IMG/VR virus record: IMGVR_UViG_3300047557_003034
Location: 1 to 64,000 of that record
Reading direction: 5' to 3' (one strand)
DNA length: 64,000 nt
DNA from: a virus
Shown: positions 27,701-37,060 of the stretch, in pieces
Position numbering within the stretch: position 1 is the first letter of the stretch
Layout: every line of letters starts with the position of its first letter
Notes under the pieces: generated by a model
Told to the model about the DNA's origin: nothing
Databases searched by the model: none
The model's input: only the letters and a program-made list of their open reading frames with translations
Program-made: the position numbers and the translations under genes

Positions 27701-30700
27701 ATCGACAGTGGTAGGTGGTCTTGTTAATCAAGTTACTGGCTGTCATAGTGTTGTGGGAGGTGGTATAACTAACTGTGTAACTGGAAATTGCTCTACAGTA
27801 GCAGGTGGCAGACTTAACACTGTAAGTAATAATTATTCTGTAATTGCTGGAGGTAATGTTAATACTGCATCAGGTCAAGCTTCTTTCGTAGGTGGTGGCT
27901 TCCGAAATACAAGCGGACTCACCTATTCAATAGTAGTTGGTGGTATAGATAACATATCAAATGCTAACAGATCAGTAATAGTTGGTGGTGAGTCCAATTG
28001 TATTGTGACCGGTGGTTATAGTTTCATAGGCGGTGGTCAACTGAACACTGGATCAGGAGCGTTTAGCTTCATAGGAGGAGGTAGTGGTAGTGTGGCAGTA
28101 GGAGCTAATTCATTTATAGGAGGCGGTCAATTCAACATAGCAGGTAACTGTGCAGCAGTAGTAGGTGGGCAATTAAACACAGGTTCAGGGTACTGGAGCT
28201 TTGTAGGTGGAGGCTGTTTGAATCTAGCAATTGGAAACAATTCATTTGTGGGTGCTGGTAGGCAAAACTGCACTACGCAAAACTGTTCGGTATCAGTTGG
28301 AGGATACAACAATGTTGCTAGCGGTGTCAATTCAACAGTAGTTGGAGGCTTTGTAAACACAGCAAGTGGTTATAGATCGGGAATACTAACTGGTCAAGGT
28401 AACGTAGCAGATGGTCAGTGGAGCTTTCTTGGTGGTGGAAACTTCAACCAAGCAAACGGCGTCTGCTCAGTTACTGTGGGTGGTAGATTTAACTGCTCAA
28501 ATGCAACATCGTCTTTTGTAGGTGGTGGATGTGGAAACTACGTTGTAGCAAACAGTGCATCAATAGTAGGTGGACACGGTAACATAGTAACCGTTGGAGG
28601 CTCTGGTTCATTTATAGGTGGTGGTCAAGGAAACTTAGTATCAGCACAGCTATCAGCACTGGTAGGAGGTTTTGGTAACCTAGCATCAGGAAATGGCTCA
28701 TTTGTAGGAGGTGGTGTTATAAACTGTGCAACTGGAAACTGCTCTACAGTAGGTGGAGGACGTTGGAATGTAGCATCAAACAACAGTGCAACTGTTATAG
28801 GAGGTTGGGTTAACACAGCATCAGGTCTTTATAGTGTGACAGCAGGTTACGAAAACAAAAACTCAGCCAATTACGGAGTAATACCAGGAGGTGGTACTAA
28901 CTGCTTACAAGCAGGTGCAAGCTATTCAACAATATCAGGAGGCTACACAAACATATTAACTAACACATACTCTGCAATTGGAGGTGGTCTTCGAAACAGT
29001 GGGTCAGGTGCATTTAGCTTCATAGGAGGTGGTTTCTGTAACAACAACGCAGCAGCAGGAGGCTTTATAGGAGGTGGTTTTAACAACTGTTTAACTACAG
29101 CTGCAGTATCAGCTTCAATAGCAGGCGGTGATAGAAACTGTGCTACAGGCTGCTTTGCATTCATAGGAAATGGTCAACTGAACACTGGATCAGGAGTTTA
29201 CAGCTTCGTTGGAGGTGGTTCTGGAAATAGAGCAACACTCAACGGTGCTGCTGTTGTGGCAGGCACAACTAACGGAGCTACAGACGTAGCTGCATTTGTA
29301 GGAACTGGTTTTTGTAATAATGCAACTGGCAGAGCATCTGCAATCGTCAGCGGTTTTCTCAACTCAGCATCGAACTTTTACGCAGCAGTACTTGGCGGTG
29401 CTCGCAACTGTGCAATTGCTAGAGCATCAGCAATAGTAGGTGGATGTGTAAATGCAGCAAGAGCTTCCGGATCATTCATAGGAGGTGGTCAACAAAACTG
29501 CAACTCAGGAGATTGTGCAGTGATAGGTGGTGGTATCCAAAATTGCCTAACAGGTAATGCGTCAGTTTTAACAGGAGGTAGTGCTAATGCAGTTGGTGCA
29601 CCACATGCATTCCTGGGAGGTGGTCAATTCAACTTAACATCAGGATCCCACTCTAGTATAGTTGGTGGTGTACTTAATTGTGTTATGGGCAATTGTACAA
29701 CCGTAGTTGGTGGTCAAAGCAACACTGGTTCAGGAGCATGGAGCTTTGTAGGAGGCGGTCAGTGTAATAACGTATCAGCAAATTATACAACACTATCAGG
29801 AGGATACTTCAATACAGCATCAGGTAGGTATGCAACACTCGTAGGTGGAGATTCTAACACAGCTGGCGGTAGAGCTAGTTTTGTTGGTGGAGGCATTAAC
29901 AACAGAACATGTGCACCAGCCTCATCATCAGTTCTTGCTGGTGGTCAAAGTAACGTATTGCAAGGACTGAGAAGTGCAATGTTGGGAGGCTATCTCAACA
30001 CTGTATCAAGCACATACGGAACAATAGGAGGTGGTTATTTCAATATAGTAGGCGGAGCAAACGGATTTATAGGTGCAGGTGACACCAACTTTGTATCAGG
30101 ATCACATGCAAGTGTGGTAGGAGGATTTGGAAACTGTGCAACAGGCAACTGCTCAGCAGTAGTAGGAGGTTTTCAAAATACCGGATCAGGCATAGCTAGT
30201 TTCGTAGGAGGTGGCATTCAAAACTGTGCTTGCGGTTGCAGGACTTTTGTAGGAGGTGGATCTAATAACTGCGCATTCGATAGCTGGGCAACAGTAGGTG
30301 GCGGCTATCTTAATGTGGCCAGCGGATCACATAGTACAGTTGGAGGTGGCTGTACAAACATAGCTAGTGGATCGGCTGCTACTGTGGCTGGTGGATCTAA
30401 CAACTGCGCATTTGAACTCTCGGCAACTGTGGGTGGTGGTGGAGTGAATACTGTTAGAAGGTGTTTTGGTACAATTGCTGGAGGATATTTGAACTGTACA
30501 GATGGTGCTTTTGGAACCATCAGTGGCGGTTATCAAAACAGAGCTAGTGGATCCCACAACTTTATAGGCAGCGGTCGCTGTAACACATCCAGCGGATCTT
30601 ATGTGGCAATAGTAGGCGGACGGTTCAACTGTATTGAAGGAGCAGTCTCCTATAGCTTTTTAGGAGGTGGTCAGTTGAATATTGTGGCTGCAACAGCAGC

Positions 30701-31298
30701 TACTATAGCAGGTGGTGATAGAAACTGCATAACAGCAGCTTGTTCAGCAATCTTGGGAGGCACTCTTAACACTGCATCAGCAGTATTTGCAGGAGCTTTT
30801 GGATGTAACATTAATGCAAATGTAGCAAACCACTTCTTTGTTAACAATCTTAACGCAACAAATAACATCACGGGATCAAATGCTCGCTTTACAGGTACAG
30901 CAACAATAGGTTCTGCACTTGCAGTTGGAGCAATAACGCCATCAGCAACAGTAGGTCGTATTGACGCAGCCAACGACGTAGTAGCATTTTCAACTTCAGA
31001 TAGGAATCTCAAGACCAATCTTACTCCAATTTCAGATGCACTTTATAAGATAGCGGAGATAACAGGATATGAATTTGATTGGATACCAAACGAAGAGATA
31101 CATGGGTACGAAGGTCATGATGTAGGTATCATAGCTCAAGAGATAGAGAAAGTACTTCCTGAAGTGGTAACAACAAGATCTAACGGCTACAAAGCAGTTA
31201 AGTATGAGAAGATTGTACCACTCCTCATTCAAGCAATTAAAGAACAAAGCCAGCAAATAAAGAGATTAGAAGAGTTAATCAAGACAATCAAAGGGTAA
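24747..31298 (+). CDS. giant (2183 aa) Gly/Cys-rich repeat fibre with C-terminal peptidase S74-type chaperone
   Basis: Same 15-aa repeats as fibre 1; C-terminal FSTSDRNLKTN...GYEFDW...DVGIIAQEIEKVLPEVV...VKYEKIVPLLIQAIKE. Confidence 0.87.
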   Translation: MAYLQCTVITGSQNVLSVIGSGSATTSSLLSVDGNSGRLFQVTDTLSGSLFSVNTVSGLPVIEAFSDNTVRIGQYGQKALFVSQSKVGVGKEDSLNGTLDVSGSLTVTGSTNINGNLTGSNALLTGTLTVNTINVSILSSSISFFTGSTIFGCSISNQHQFTGSVSITGSLRTCGPMCSTTTMAIGSGSTASGIYSSVAGGRLNTASGNYSHIGGGSGSLALGVNSFIGGGQFNCIPAGGQCAVIGGGQYNTGSSVLGFIGGGTNNNMSCFYAVIGGGISNTTSGYGSVIAGGNINNNSGRWGFLGAGRSNQLSGNCTAIVGGGSNTVSGFYNAIVAGCANTVSNSGSFIGGGFGNTVLADTGSIVGGRSNIICLGGSGSFIGGGQSNTVSGKCSAVVVGQLNSATGENGFVGSGYQNSFTGFRGGIVAGQQNTLSSVYGFIGSGLSNVVAASSTSIIAGQNNCAIGALSIIGGGNFNRMSANCAAVVAGTYNTGSGAGSFIGAGSGSVAAGALTFIGGGQFNCASANYAAVVGGFQNTGSGTFSFVGGGGGNTAAGACSTVGGGEINIASSQISTVSGGYRNYAASYAATVGGGLLNCACGYNGTVSGGYRNSASGSYSFVGGGKQNLALAVSSSVVGGWLNCVTTNGTGSFIGGGQGNTVTGRLSTVVGGAGNQVTGNCSTISGGYFNVATNTLAAVVGGRNNQARGENSVVGGYFNCACGVSSIVAGGHNQTVLSSYGTVSGGYNNCITSTLADSSTISGGYQNRISSIRSVIAGGQNNVISGNRSFIGGGRQNTASGNYASVAGGSGSVASGLNSFVGGGQFNLANGACASVVGGFQNTGSGGFSFVGGGTGSIAAGLYSSVIGGFINCASQVYATVGGGGRNLSSGNSTTVSGGYGNQATVTFASVLGGVGNVATGHTSTAVGGQSNSATACHSFVGGGASNTVAAETGSIVGGRSNSITSNGSGSFIGGGQGNIVSGQLSTVVGGLVNQVTGCHSVVGGGITNCVTGNCSTVAGGRLNTVSNNYSVIAGGNVNTASGQASFVGGGFRNTSGLTYSIVVGGIDNISNANRSVIVGGESNCIVTGGYSFIGGGQLNTGSGAFSFIGGGSGSVAVGANSFIGGGQFNIAGNCAAVVGGQLNTGSGYWSFVGGGCLNLAIGNNSFVGAGRQNCTTQNCSVSVGGYNNVASGVNSTVVGGFVNTASGYRSGILTGQGNVADGQWSFLGGGNFNQANGVCSVTVGGRFNCSNATSSFVGGGCGNYVVANSASIVGGHGNIVTVGGSGSFIGGGQGNLVSAQLSALVGGFGNLASGNGSFVGGGVINCATGNCSTVGGGRWNVASNNSATVIGGWVNTASGLYSVTAGYENKNSANYGVIPGGGTNCLQAGASYSTISGGYTNILTNTYSAIGGGLRNSGSGAFSFIGGGFCNNNAAAGGFIGGGFNNCLTTAAVSASIAGGDRNCATGCFAFIGNGQLNTGSGVYSFVGGGSGNRATLNGAAVVAGTTNGATDVAAFVGTGFCNNATGRASAIVSGFLNSASNFYAAVLGGARNCAIARASAIVGGCVNAARASGSFIGGGQQNCNSGDCAVIGGGIQNCLTGNASVLTGGSANAVGAPHAFLGGGQFNLTSGSHSSIVGGVLNCVMGNCTTVVGGQSNTGSGAWSFVGGGQCNNVSANYTTLSGGYFNTASGRYATLVGGDSNTAGGRASFVGGGINNRTCAPASSSVLAGGQSNVLQGLRSAMLGGYLNTVSSTYGTIGGGYFNIVGGANGFIGAGDTNFVSGSHASVVGGFGNCATGNCSAVVGGFQNTGSGIASFVGGGIQNCACGCRTFVGGGSNNCAFDSWATVGGGYLNVASGSHSTVGGGCTNIASGSAATVAGGSNNCAFELSATVGGGGVNTVRRCFGTIAGGYLNCTDGAFGTISGGYQNRASGSHNFIGSGRCNTSSGSYVAIVGGRFNCIEGAVSYSFLGGGQLNIVAATAATIAGGDRNCITAACSAILGGTLNTASAVFAGAFGCNINANVANHFFVNNLNATNNITGSNARFTGTATIGSALAVGAITPSATVGRIDAANDVVAFSTSDRNLKTNLTPISDALYKIAEITGYEFDWIPNEEIHGYEGHDVGIIAQEIEKVLPEVVTTRSNGYKAVKYEKIVPLLIQAIKEQSQQIKRLEELIKTIKG

Positions 31299-31301
31299 GT
31301 T

Positions 31302-32189
31302 ATGGCGATACCAGCATCAGGACCGGTTTCAATGAGTATGCTCAATGTTGAATTGGGCAGAAGTTTTAACACAGCCAACTCAGCTCTGGCAGGTTCTTCG
31401 ACACCTTCCATAGGATCTCTATTCTATCTTGGTGCACAGAGTGGTAGTCTTAATCAAACAGCACCACATGCAATAAGTGAGTGGTACGGATACACTACTA
31501 TAATTCCACAACCTACACTTAAGTATGATGCTTACAGCAGTAGCTACGACGGATCTGTATCAGTTAACTTAGGTTCAGGAGGTACAACGTATAACTTAAA
31601 TGAGACAGGAACTGTAGAGACTGGTAGTGGAACTAATCTAGGAAGCAATTACTATAATATAAACTTGCCTGGAACTACAACTGGATATCTTACATCTAGT
31701 TTTTCTCCCGTACCGTCCAACACTTCATTCTCTATTAGTATAATGGCATTTATTACTGGTAGCTCTGGTCAACTGTTTAGTATAGAATTAGCAACAGGTA
31801 ACCGACTATACATCGAGACTAATTTTGTAACAACTGGTGTGTACGATATCAGAGCTAATTTATACTCAGCAGGTACTAGAGTAGTATACTTATCTGGATC
31901 TATAAATCAAAATGATTGGAATCACATAGTTTGGGTGCATGATAACAACTTAGCTACGGACGATAGTAAGCTGTACATCAACAATGCATTAGCTCAATCT
32001 GTCACAGCAACCAATAACATATCTCAAACTGATGCATATCAAATCAGAGTTGGTATTAACATACTTTCGACCATTGTTAGCTATAGATTAGGATCGGTCT
32101 CTTTCTGGAATGGTTACTATCTAGCACCTTTACAAATAGAAGACCTATATAACGAGTTCTACGACAGATACGTGTACGTACCCGTATAA
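31302..32189 (+). CDS. putative fibre-tip/adhesin-like protein with LamG-like C-terminal domain
   Basis: MAIPASGPVSMSMLNVELG N-terminus, of a type commonly found right after S74 fibres; WNHIVWV and LYINN motifs. Confidence 0.55.
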   Translation: MAIPASGPVSMSMLNVELGRSFNTANSALAGSSTPSIGSLFYLGAQSGSLNQTAPHAISEWYGYTTIIPQPTLKYDAYSSSYDGSVSVNLGSGGTTYNLNETGTVETGSGTNLGSNYYNINLPGTTTGYLTSSFSPVPSNTSFSISIMAFITGSSGQLFSIELATGNRLYIETNFVTTGVYDIRANLYSAGTRVVYLSGSINQNDWNHIVWVHDNNLATDDSKLYINNALAQSVTATNNISQTDAYQIRVGINILSTIVSYRLGSVSFWNGYYLAPLQIEDLYNEFYDRYVYVPV

Positions 32190-32222
32190 GCAATTTCAAG
32201 CAACTTAATGTAACAGAAGCAA

Positions 32223-32231
32223 CTATTTATA
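32223..32231 (+). promoter_or_regulatory. putative late promoter CTATTTATA
   Basis: Intergenic motif. Confidence 0.7.
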
Positions 32232-32250
32232 ACAGTAAAACATAAAAACT

Positions 32251-32589
32251 ATGATGATAATTGGCAAAATCGATCCGACAGCTACAATATACCTTCAATC
32301 GGATCCGTTTAATCCTTCTACAATTACAGGATCTTACATTGCTGCTGTAGCACGTCCTTATGTTCTTGGTACCAACAGTGTAAACTTCCAAGTGTCTTAT
32401 GGTAACTGTACTTTCGATGAAGGTGGTAACATAACTGAGTTCACTACTATCTTCAATAGTAATTGCAACCTTTCTGGTACAGCAATTGAGACTTGGGGTA
32501 CAGATGACACAGTAGTTCTTCAAGAGATTGCACAAGCGCAAGGTACAACTGTTACACAGTTCTACTCAAGCAGTCTTAACATATTCTAA
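32251..32589 (+). CDS. hypothetical, probably virion-associated protein
   Basis: Clean ORF under the late motif. Confidence 0.55.
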   Translation: MMIIGKIDPTATIYLQSDPFNPSTITGSYIAAVARPYVLGTNSVNFQVSYGNCTFDEGGNITEFTTIFNSNCNLSGTAIETWGTDDTVVLQEIAQAQGTTVTQFYSSSLNIF

Positions 32590-32596
32590 AATTCGT

Positions 32597-32627
32597 TTTG
32601 CAATCTAATCTAGTTTTCGTAAATTGC
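32597..32627 (+). promoter_or_regulatory. host-type (Bacteroidota-like) promoter TTTG-N19-TAAATTGC
   Basis: Same geometry as sites at 52609, 54397 and 61512. Confidence 0.5.
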
Positions 32628-32631
32628 CGTT

Positions 32632-33507
32632 ATGAACATAATATTCCAAATCAACGGAGGAATAGGTAAATGTATTATGGCTACCGCTGTATGCGAAGCC
32701 ATTAAAAAGCAATACCCAAACTCTAAGCTCATAGTTGTTTCAGGATACGCAGATGTGTTCTTAAATAACCCACATGTTGATAGATCGCTGCAGTTTGGCA
32801 GCATAAGTTACTTCTACGAAGAGTATTTGCAAAACGAGAAGGACTTCAAAGTATTCGCTCACGATCCGTACGTACAAACCGAATATCTCTACCAAAATGA
32901 ACACTTGATTCAAACTTGGTGTGAGATGTTCGGCATTGCTTATGATGGTGAATACCCAAGCATACATCTGACAGATAGAGAAAAAACATTCCTAAGCTCC
33001 AAATTTACATCGGATAGACCGATGCTAGTAATGCAAACAAATGGAGGAGCTGATGCAAACTTAAAGTACTCCTGGGCAAGAGATTTACCAGCCAATAACG
33101 TAACGGATGTAGTACAATACTTTTCTGAGCATTATAACATTGTGCATATAAGAAGAGAAGATCAAATACAATATCCAGGCACAATACCAGTATCAGACAA
33201 CTTCAGATCACTTGTGGTGCTTATATCACTGAGCCATAAGAGGCTGTTTATTGATAGCATGGGTCAACATGTGGCTGCATGTTTAGGATTACCATCAACA
33301 GTGTGTTGGGTTGTGAATAAACCTGAAGTCTTTGGATACCCAATACACGATAACATCATCTGTAAACCATTCACCAAGAAACCAGAGCTGAGAAATTCAT
33401 ACTTCCAGCAGTTCAATATTGGTGGTGATTTACTAGAATTTCCCTATAACTCCGAACACGAAGTGTTTGATAGCAAAGACATCATAAACTCAATACTAAA
33501 ACAATAG
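32632..33507 (+). CDS. glycosyltransferase, GT9/heptosyltransferase-like
   Basis: GGIGKCIMATAV..AIKKQYPNSKLIVV..VFLNNPHVD N-terminus; LFIDSMGQHVAACLGLPSTVCW C-terminal motif. Confidence 0.7.
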   Translation: MNIIFQINGGIGKCIMATAVCEAIKKQYPNSKLIVVSGYADVFLNNPHVDRSLQFGSISYFYEEYLQNEKDFKVFAHDPYVQTEYLYQNEHLIQTWCEMFGIAYDGEYPSIHLTDREKTFLSSKFTSDRPMLVMQTNGGADANLKYSWARDLPANNVTDVVQYFSEHYNIVHIRREDQIQYPGTIPVSDNFRSLVVLISLSHKRLFIDSMGQHVAACLGLPSTVCWVVNKPEVFGYPIHDNIICKPFTKKPELRNSYFQQFNIGGDLLEFPYNSEHEVFDSKDIINSILKQ

Positions 33508-33512
33508 GTTAC

Positions 33513-34331
33513 ATGGAGAAGTTATTCTTTCAGAGTTCTTTACCGAGAGCAGGCAGTACACTTTTACAAAACATTCTCGCACAAAACCCAGACATCTATG
33601 CTACTCCTACATCAGGAGTGTTAGAACTTGTGTTTGCAGCAAGAGGAAATTACACTGAATCACCAGAGTTCATTGCTCAAGATCCAAGTCTAATGCGAGC
33701 AGGCTTTTTATCCTTTTGTAGAAAGGGAATGGATGGCTTTTACGAAGCTGTGACAGACAAGAAGTACGTAGTAGATAAATCAAGAGGATGGGGAATACAC
33801 TACGACTTCCTCAACCTAATCTATCCAGAACCCAAGATCGTTGTCATGGTTAGGGACCTAAGAGACATCTTCTGTTCAATGGAGAAGAACTTCAGAAAGA
33901 ATCCTGACAAAGCTAGTTCAGTTCTTAACTGGTCACAGATGAGCGGTACAACAGTACCTAAGAGGATTGATATATGGGCTCAATCACAGCCGGTAGGACT
34001 TGCAATAGAGAGGTTGTCTGAAATATTCAGGCAGGGACTTGACAGTAAAATGCTATTTGTTCGCTTTGAAGATCTTTGTTTATATCCCGAAACTGAGATG
34101 ACTAGGATCTATCAATACCTCGATATCCCCTACTACCAGCATGATTTTGATCATATAGAACAAGTGACAAAGGAAGATGATGAGGTGTATGGTATGTTCG
34201 GAGATCACCAGATCAGAACTAAGTTAGCTCCTGTACCATCTACTGCTAAACAAGTACTTGGAAAGGATGTAACAGAGTGGATTTGGAATGCATACCCCTG
34301 GTATTTCCAACAGTTTAGGTACACAAAATAA
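33513..34331 (+). CDS. sulfotransferase (PAPS-dependent fold)
   Basis: 5'-PSB loop SLPRAGSTLLQNIL, DKSRGW, 3'-PB VMVRDLRDIFCS and VRFEDL. Confidence 0.88.
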   Translation: MEKLFFQSSLPRAGSTLLQNILAQNPDIYATPTSGVLELVFAARGNYTESPEFIAQDPSLMRAGFLSFCRKGMDGFYEAVTDKKYVVDKSRGWGIHYDFLNLIYPEPKIVVMVRDLRDIFCSMEKNFRKNPDKASSVLNWSQMSGTTVPKRIDIWAQSQPVGLAIERLSEIFRQGLDSKMLFVRFEDLCLYPETEMTRIYQYLDIPYYQHDFDHIEQVTKEDDEVYGMFGDHQIRTKLAPVPSTAKQVLGKDVTEWIWNAYPWYFQQFRYTK

Positions 34332-34335
34332 AAGT

Positions 34336-34773
34336 ATGATATACTGGTTCACTGGTCAGCCTGGAGCAGGCAAAACAACTCTCTGCAAAAGTCTCATTCT
34401 TCAGTTCTACCCGTCTAAGACAATTCACGTGGATGGTGACGACATAAGAGAGATTTTTGAAAATAAAGATTACTCGGAAGCAGGTAGAAGAAAAAACGTA
34501 GAGCTTGCACAGAACATTGCCTACTTCATGCATAAAAAAGGCTACCTAGTGTTGGTTTCACTAGTATCTCCTTATAAAGATCAAAGAGAAGCCTTCAAAG
34601 CACGGCTAGGTGACTCAATTAAGGAAATCTACGTACATGCGTTTACAGATAGGGGTAGAACGCAGTTTCACGTGGCTAATTACGAGCCTCCTACTGAGAA
34701 CTACATTGACATAGATACAACAAATGCCACTGAATTTGAGTCGTTAAAACAGCTATTAACACAGATAAAATAA
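34336..34773 (+). CDS. cysC: adenylylsulfate (APS) kinase
   Basis: Start is probably ATG 34336. WFTGQPGAGKTT, DGDDIR, DYSEAGRRKN, VSLVSPY..QR and YEPP motifs. Confidence 0.85.
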   Translation: MIYWFTGQPGAGKTTLCKSLILQFYPSKTIHVDGDDIREIFENKDYSEAGRRKNVELAQNIAYFMHKKGYLVLVSLVSPYKDQREAFKARLGDSIKEIYVHAFTDRGRTQFHVANYEPPTENYIDIDTTNATEFESLKQLLTQIK

Positions 34774-35135
34774 TGATAAAAGAAGCAGAAATAGTTGAAA
34801 AAGGTTGGGGACAGGAAGTGGTGTTTGCAAATAGCCAGCAGTATTGTGGTAAAATACTCGTATTCAAGGAAGGTGGTACTAGCTCAATGCATTACCACAT
34901 ACAAAAGCAAGAGACTTGGTACGTTACAAAAGGTAAGTTTCTGTACAAGTACATTGATACAGATACAGCAGATGTACTAGAGGCTGAACTAAATGTCGGA
35001 GATGTTGTGACAAATCTAAGAGGAGAACCACATCAGTTAATAGCTCTAGAAGAGAATAGTGTAATATTCGAAGTGTCAACAGAGCATATAGATGAGGATT
35101 CTTACAGAGTATTTAAAGGAGATTCACAACAATGA
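34773..35135 (+). CDS. cupin-fold sugar isomerase/epimerase-like protein
   Basis: KGWGQE, SMHYH..KQETWYV..G, PHQL, IFEVST and DSYRV motifs. Confidence 0.75.
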   Translation: MIKEAEIVEKGWGQEVVFANSQQYCGKILVFKEGGTSSMHYHIQKQETWYVTKGKFLYKYIDTDTADVLEAELNVGDVVTNLRGEPHQLIALEENSVIFEVSTEHIDEDSYRVFKGDSQQ

Positions 35136-35545
35136 AAGTTTGGGTAAATGGAACATTTGATGTTTTACATTTGGGGCATATTAGGTTACTTGAGTATGCT
35201 GCCAGTCATGGAGAGGTCAGAGTGGGGGTGGACACAGATGAGAGAGTTAGACAGGCGAAAGGTCCAACCAGACCCTTTAACATACTTAGAGATAGGATGG
35301 CTATGCTATCATCTATCAGGTATGTTAGTAGCGTCGTGTCTTTTGGTACAGATGATGAACTTGTACAATGTGTTATGGAGTACAAACCTGACATTATGGT
35401 AGTTGGCTCAGATTATGAGAACAAGAGGGTTATTGGTCATGAGCATGCGGATGTTTTAATATTCTTTCCCAAAATCCAATCGTACAGCACAACTGACATA
35501 TTAAGGTATGAAACAAATATTAATAATCGGGGATCAGTGTATTGA
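35132..35545 (+). CDS. heptose-1-phosphate adenylyltransferase-like (HldE/RfaE domain II)
   Basis: NGTFDVLHLGH, DTDERV..AKGPTRP, GSDY and STTDIL motifs. Confidence 0.82.
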   Translation: MKVWVNGTFDVLHLGHIRLLEYAASHGEVRVGVDTDERVRQAKGPTRPFNILRDRMAMLSSIRYVSSVVSFGTDDELVQCVMEYKPDIMVVGSDYENKRVIGHEHADVLIFFPKIQSYSTTDILRYETNINNRGSVY

Positions 35546-36251
35546 TAAGTTTGTGTACGGAGAAGCAAAGAGACTAAGTCCTGAAGCTCCTGTACCAGTC
35601 TTTACACCTCATAATACAGCAACCAGCAATGGAATGGCTGCAAATGTTGCACGTAATCTACGAGCAATGGCTCCCGAATACATGATAACAACTCAACACA
35701 ATCCGGAAACCATAACTAAGACTAGGTATATCGATCATAAGACAAATCATATGTTTCTTAGAGTGGATGAAGGAGATACTGTGAAACCACTTGAACTAGA
35801 TCTAAAACTAAGAGCTTCCATCCCAGAATTTGATGCTGTTGTAGTAAGCGATTATAACAAAGGATACCTACCACTCAGCGTTATTGAGTACATAGGTAAG
35901 AATGCCAAAATGTCTTTCATTGACTCTAAAAAGAAGCTGCCACTAGAAGTTGCTAGTCTTTATACTATTGTCAAAATGAACGAACAAGAGTATGAGAGCT
36001 ATAACGGGTCTCTAGACTCAATCTCAAACAGCCTCATAATCACACTAGGTAGTAAGGGAGCTAAGTATAAGCACAAAGTATTCAACTCACTGCAGCCAAA
36101 AGAAACGATAGATGTGAGTGGTGCTGGAGATACTTTCCTAGCAGCATTCGTATATTGGTACCTACAGACAGGATCAATCCAATCAGCAATAGTCCATGCC
36201 AATGAAAAAGCCGCTATAGTTGTAACTAAAAAAGGAGTTGCTGTACCATGA
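35508..36251 (+). CDS. heptose-7-phosphate kinase-like (HldE/RfaE domain I, PfkB family)
   Basis: IGDQCIDKFVYG..KRLSPEAPVPV, AANVA.NL, SDYNKG and DVSGAGDTF motifs. Confidence 0.9.
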   Translation: MKQILIIGDQCIDKFVYGEAKRLSPEAPVPVFTPHNTATSNGMAANVARNLRAMAPEYMITTQHNPETITKTRYIDHKTNHMFLRVDEGDTVKPLELDLKLRASIPEFDAVVVSDYNKGYLPLSVIEYIGKNAKMSFIDSKKKLPLEVASLYTIVKMNEQEYESYNGSLDSISNSLIITLGSKGAKYKHKVFNSLQPKETIDVSGAGDTFLAAFVYWYLQTGSIQSAIVHANEKAAIVVTKKGVAVP

Positions 36252-37060
36252 ATATAGTAGTGACTGGTCATTTAGGTTTTATTGGTCGTAATCTGAAAGC
36301 AGAGCTTGAAAAGAAACACCAAGTCTACGGGATTGAAGTAGATGCCTATGATGATGCAGACTGGCAATTTACACTAAAAAACAAACTGGATAGCATAAAA
36401 CCAACTGCTATTTTTCATGTAGGAGCAATATCAAACACGCTTCATACGGACGTTGAAACCATAATGAAACTAAACTGGGAGACAACAACAGTGTTTTCAG
36501 ACTACTGCAAAGCAGTAAACATTCCACTAATCTACAGCTCAACTGCAGCTATCTACGGAGATGGTGAAGGTAAGAAAAACCTATATGCTTGGACTAAGTA
36601 TGCAGGAGAGAAGTATGTAATAGCAAACAATCAAATAGCTCTCAGGTACTTCAACGTATACGGACCTGGAGAGGATAAAAAGAAACGTATGGCATCAGTT
36701 GCCTACCAAGCCTTTTTGCACGATATACACGGAACCAAGATCAAGCTGTTCAAAGGAGAACCAAAGAGAGACTTCGTATACGTAAAGGATGTAGTGGATG
36801 CAAACATATTCGCACTTAAGAATTACTTCAAACTAACTAAGAAACAATATGATGTGGGTGTTGGTAAAGCGGTTACGTTTGAGTATCTTATGGATATAAT
36901 GAATCTCAAGTACGCATATCAAGATATATCAGCAATACCAAACAACTATCAATACCATACCCAAAGTAATCCTGAAAACTGGATGAAGGGTTGGAAACCT
37001 AAATACGACGTTGAGAAAGGATTAAATGAATACAAGCAACACTTATGGAATACTATTTAG
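36248..37060 (+). CDS. ADP-L-glycero-D-manno-heptose 6-epimerase-like SDR (HldD/RfaD)
   Basis: VTGHLGFIG, FHVGAIS, YSSTAAIYG, YAWTK, LRYFNVYGPGE..K.RMASV and RDFVYVKDV motifs. Confidence 0.85.
   Translation: MNIVVTGHLGFIGRNLKAELEKKHQVYGIEVDAYDDADWQFTLKNKLDSIKPTAIFHVGAISNTLHTDVETIMKLNWETTTVFSDYCKAVNIPLIYSSTAAIYGDGEGKKNLYAWTKYAGEKYVIANNQIALRYFNVYGPGEDKKKRMASVAYQAFLHDIHGTKIKLFKGEPKRDFVYVKDVVDANIFALKNYFKLTKKQYDVGVGKAVTFEYLMDIMNLKYAYQDISAIPNNYQYHTQSNPENWMKGWKPKYDVEKGLNEYKQHLWNTI

Noticed and set aside
13737-31018. Many Pro-rich minus-strand ORFs
   Set aside because: Reverse-complement artefacts of GGN-rich glycine repeats.
13330-31298. Possible CRISPR array or DGR template/variable repeats
   Set aside because: The repeats are degenerate in-frame coding units without fixed repeat-spacer structure; no reverse transcriptase or adenine-specific mismatch pattern was seen.
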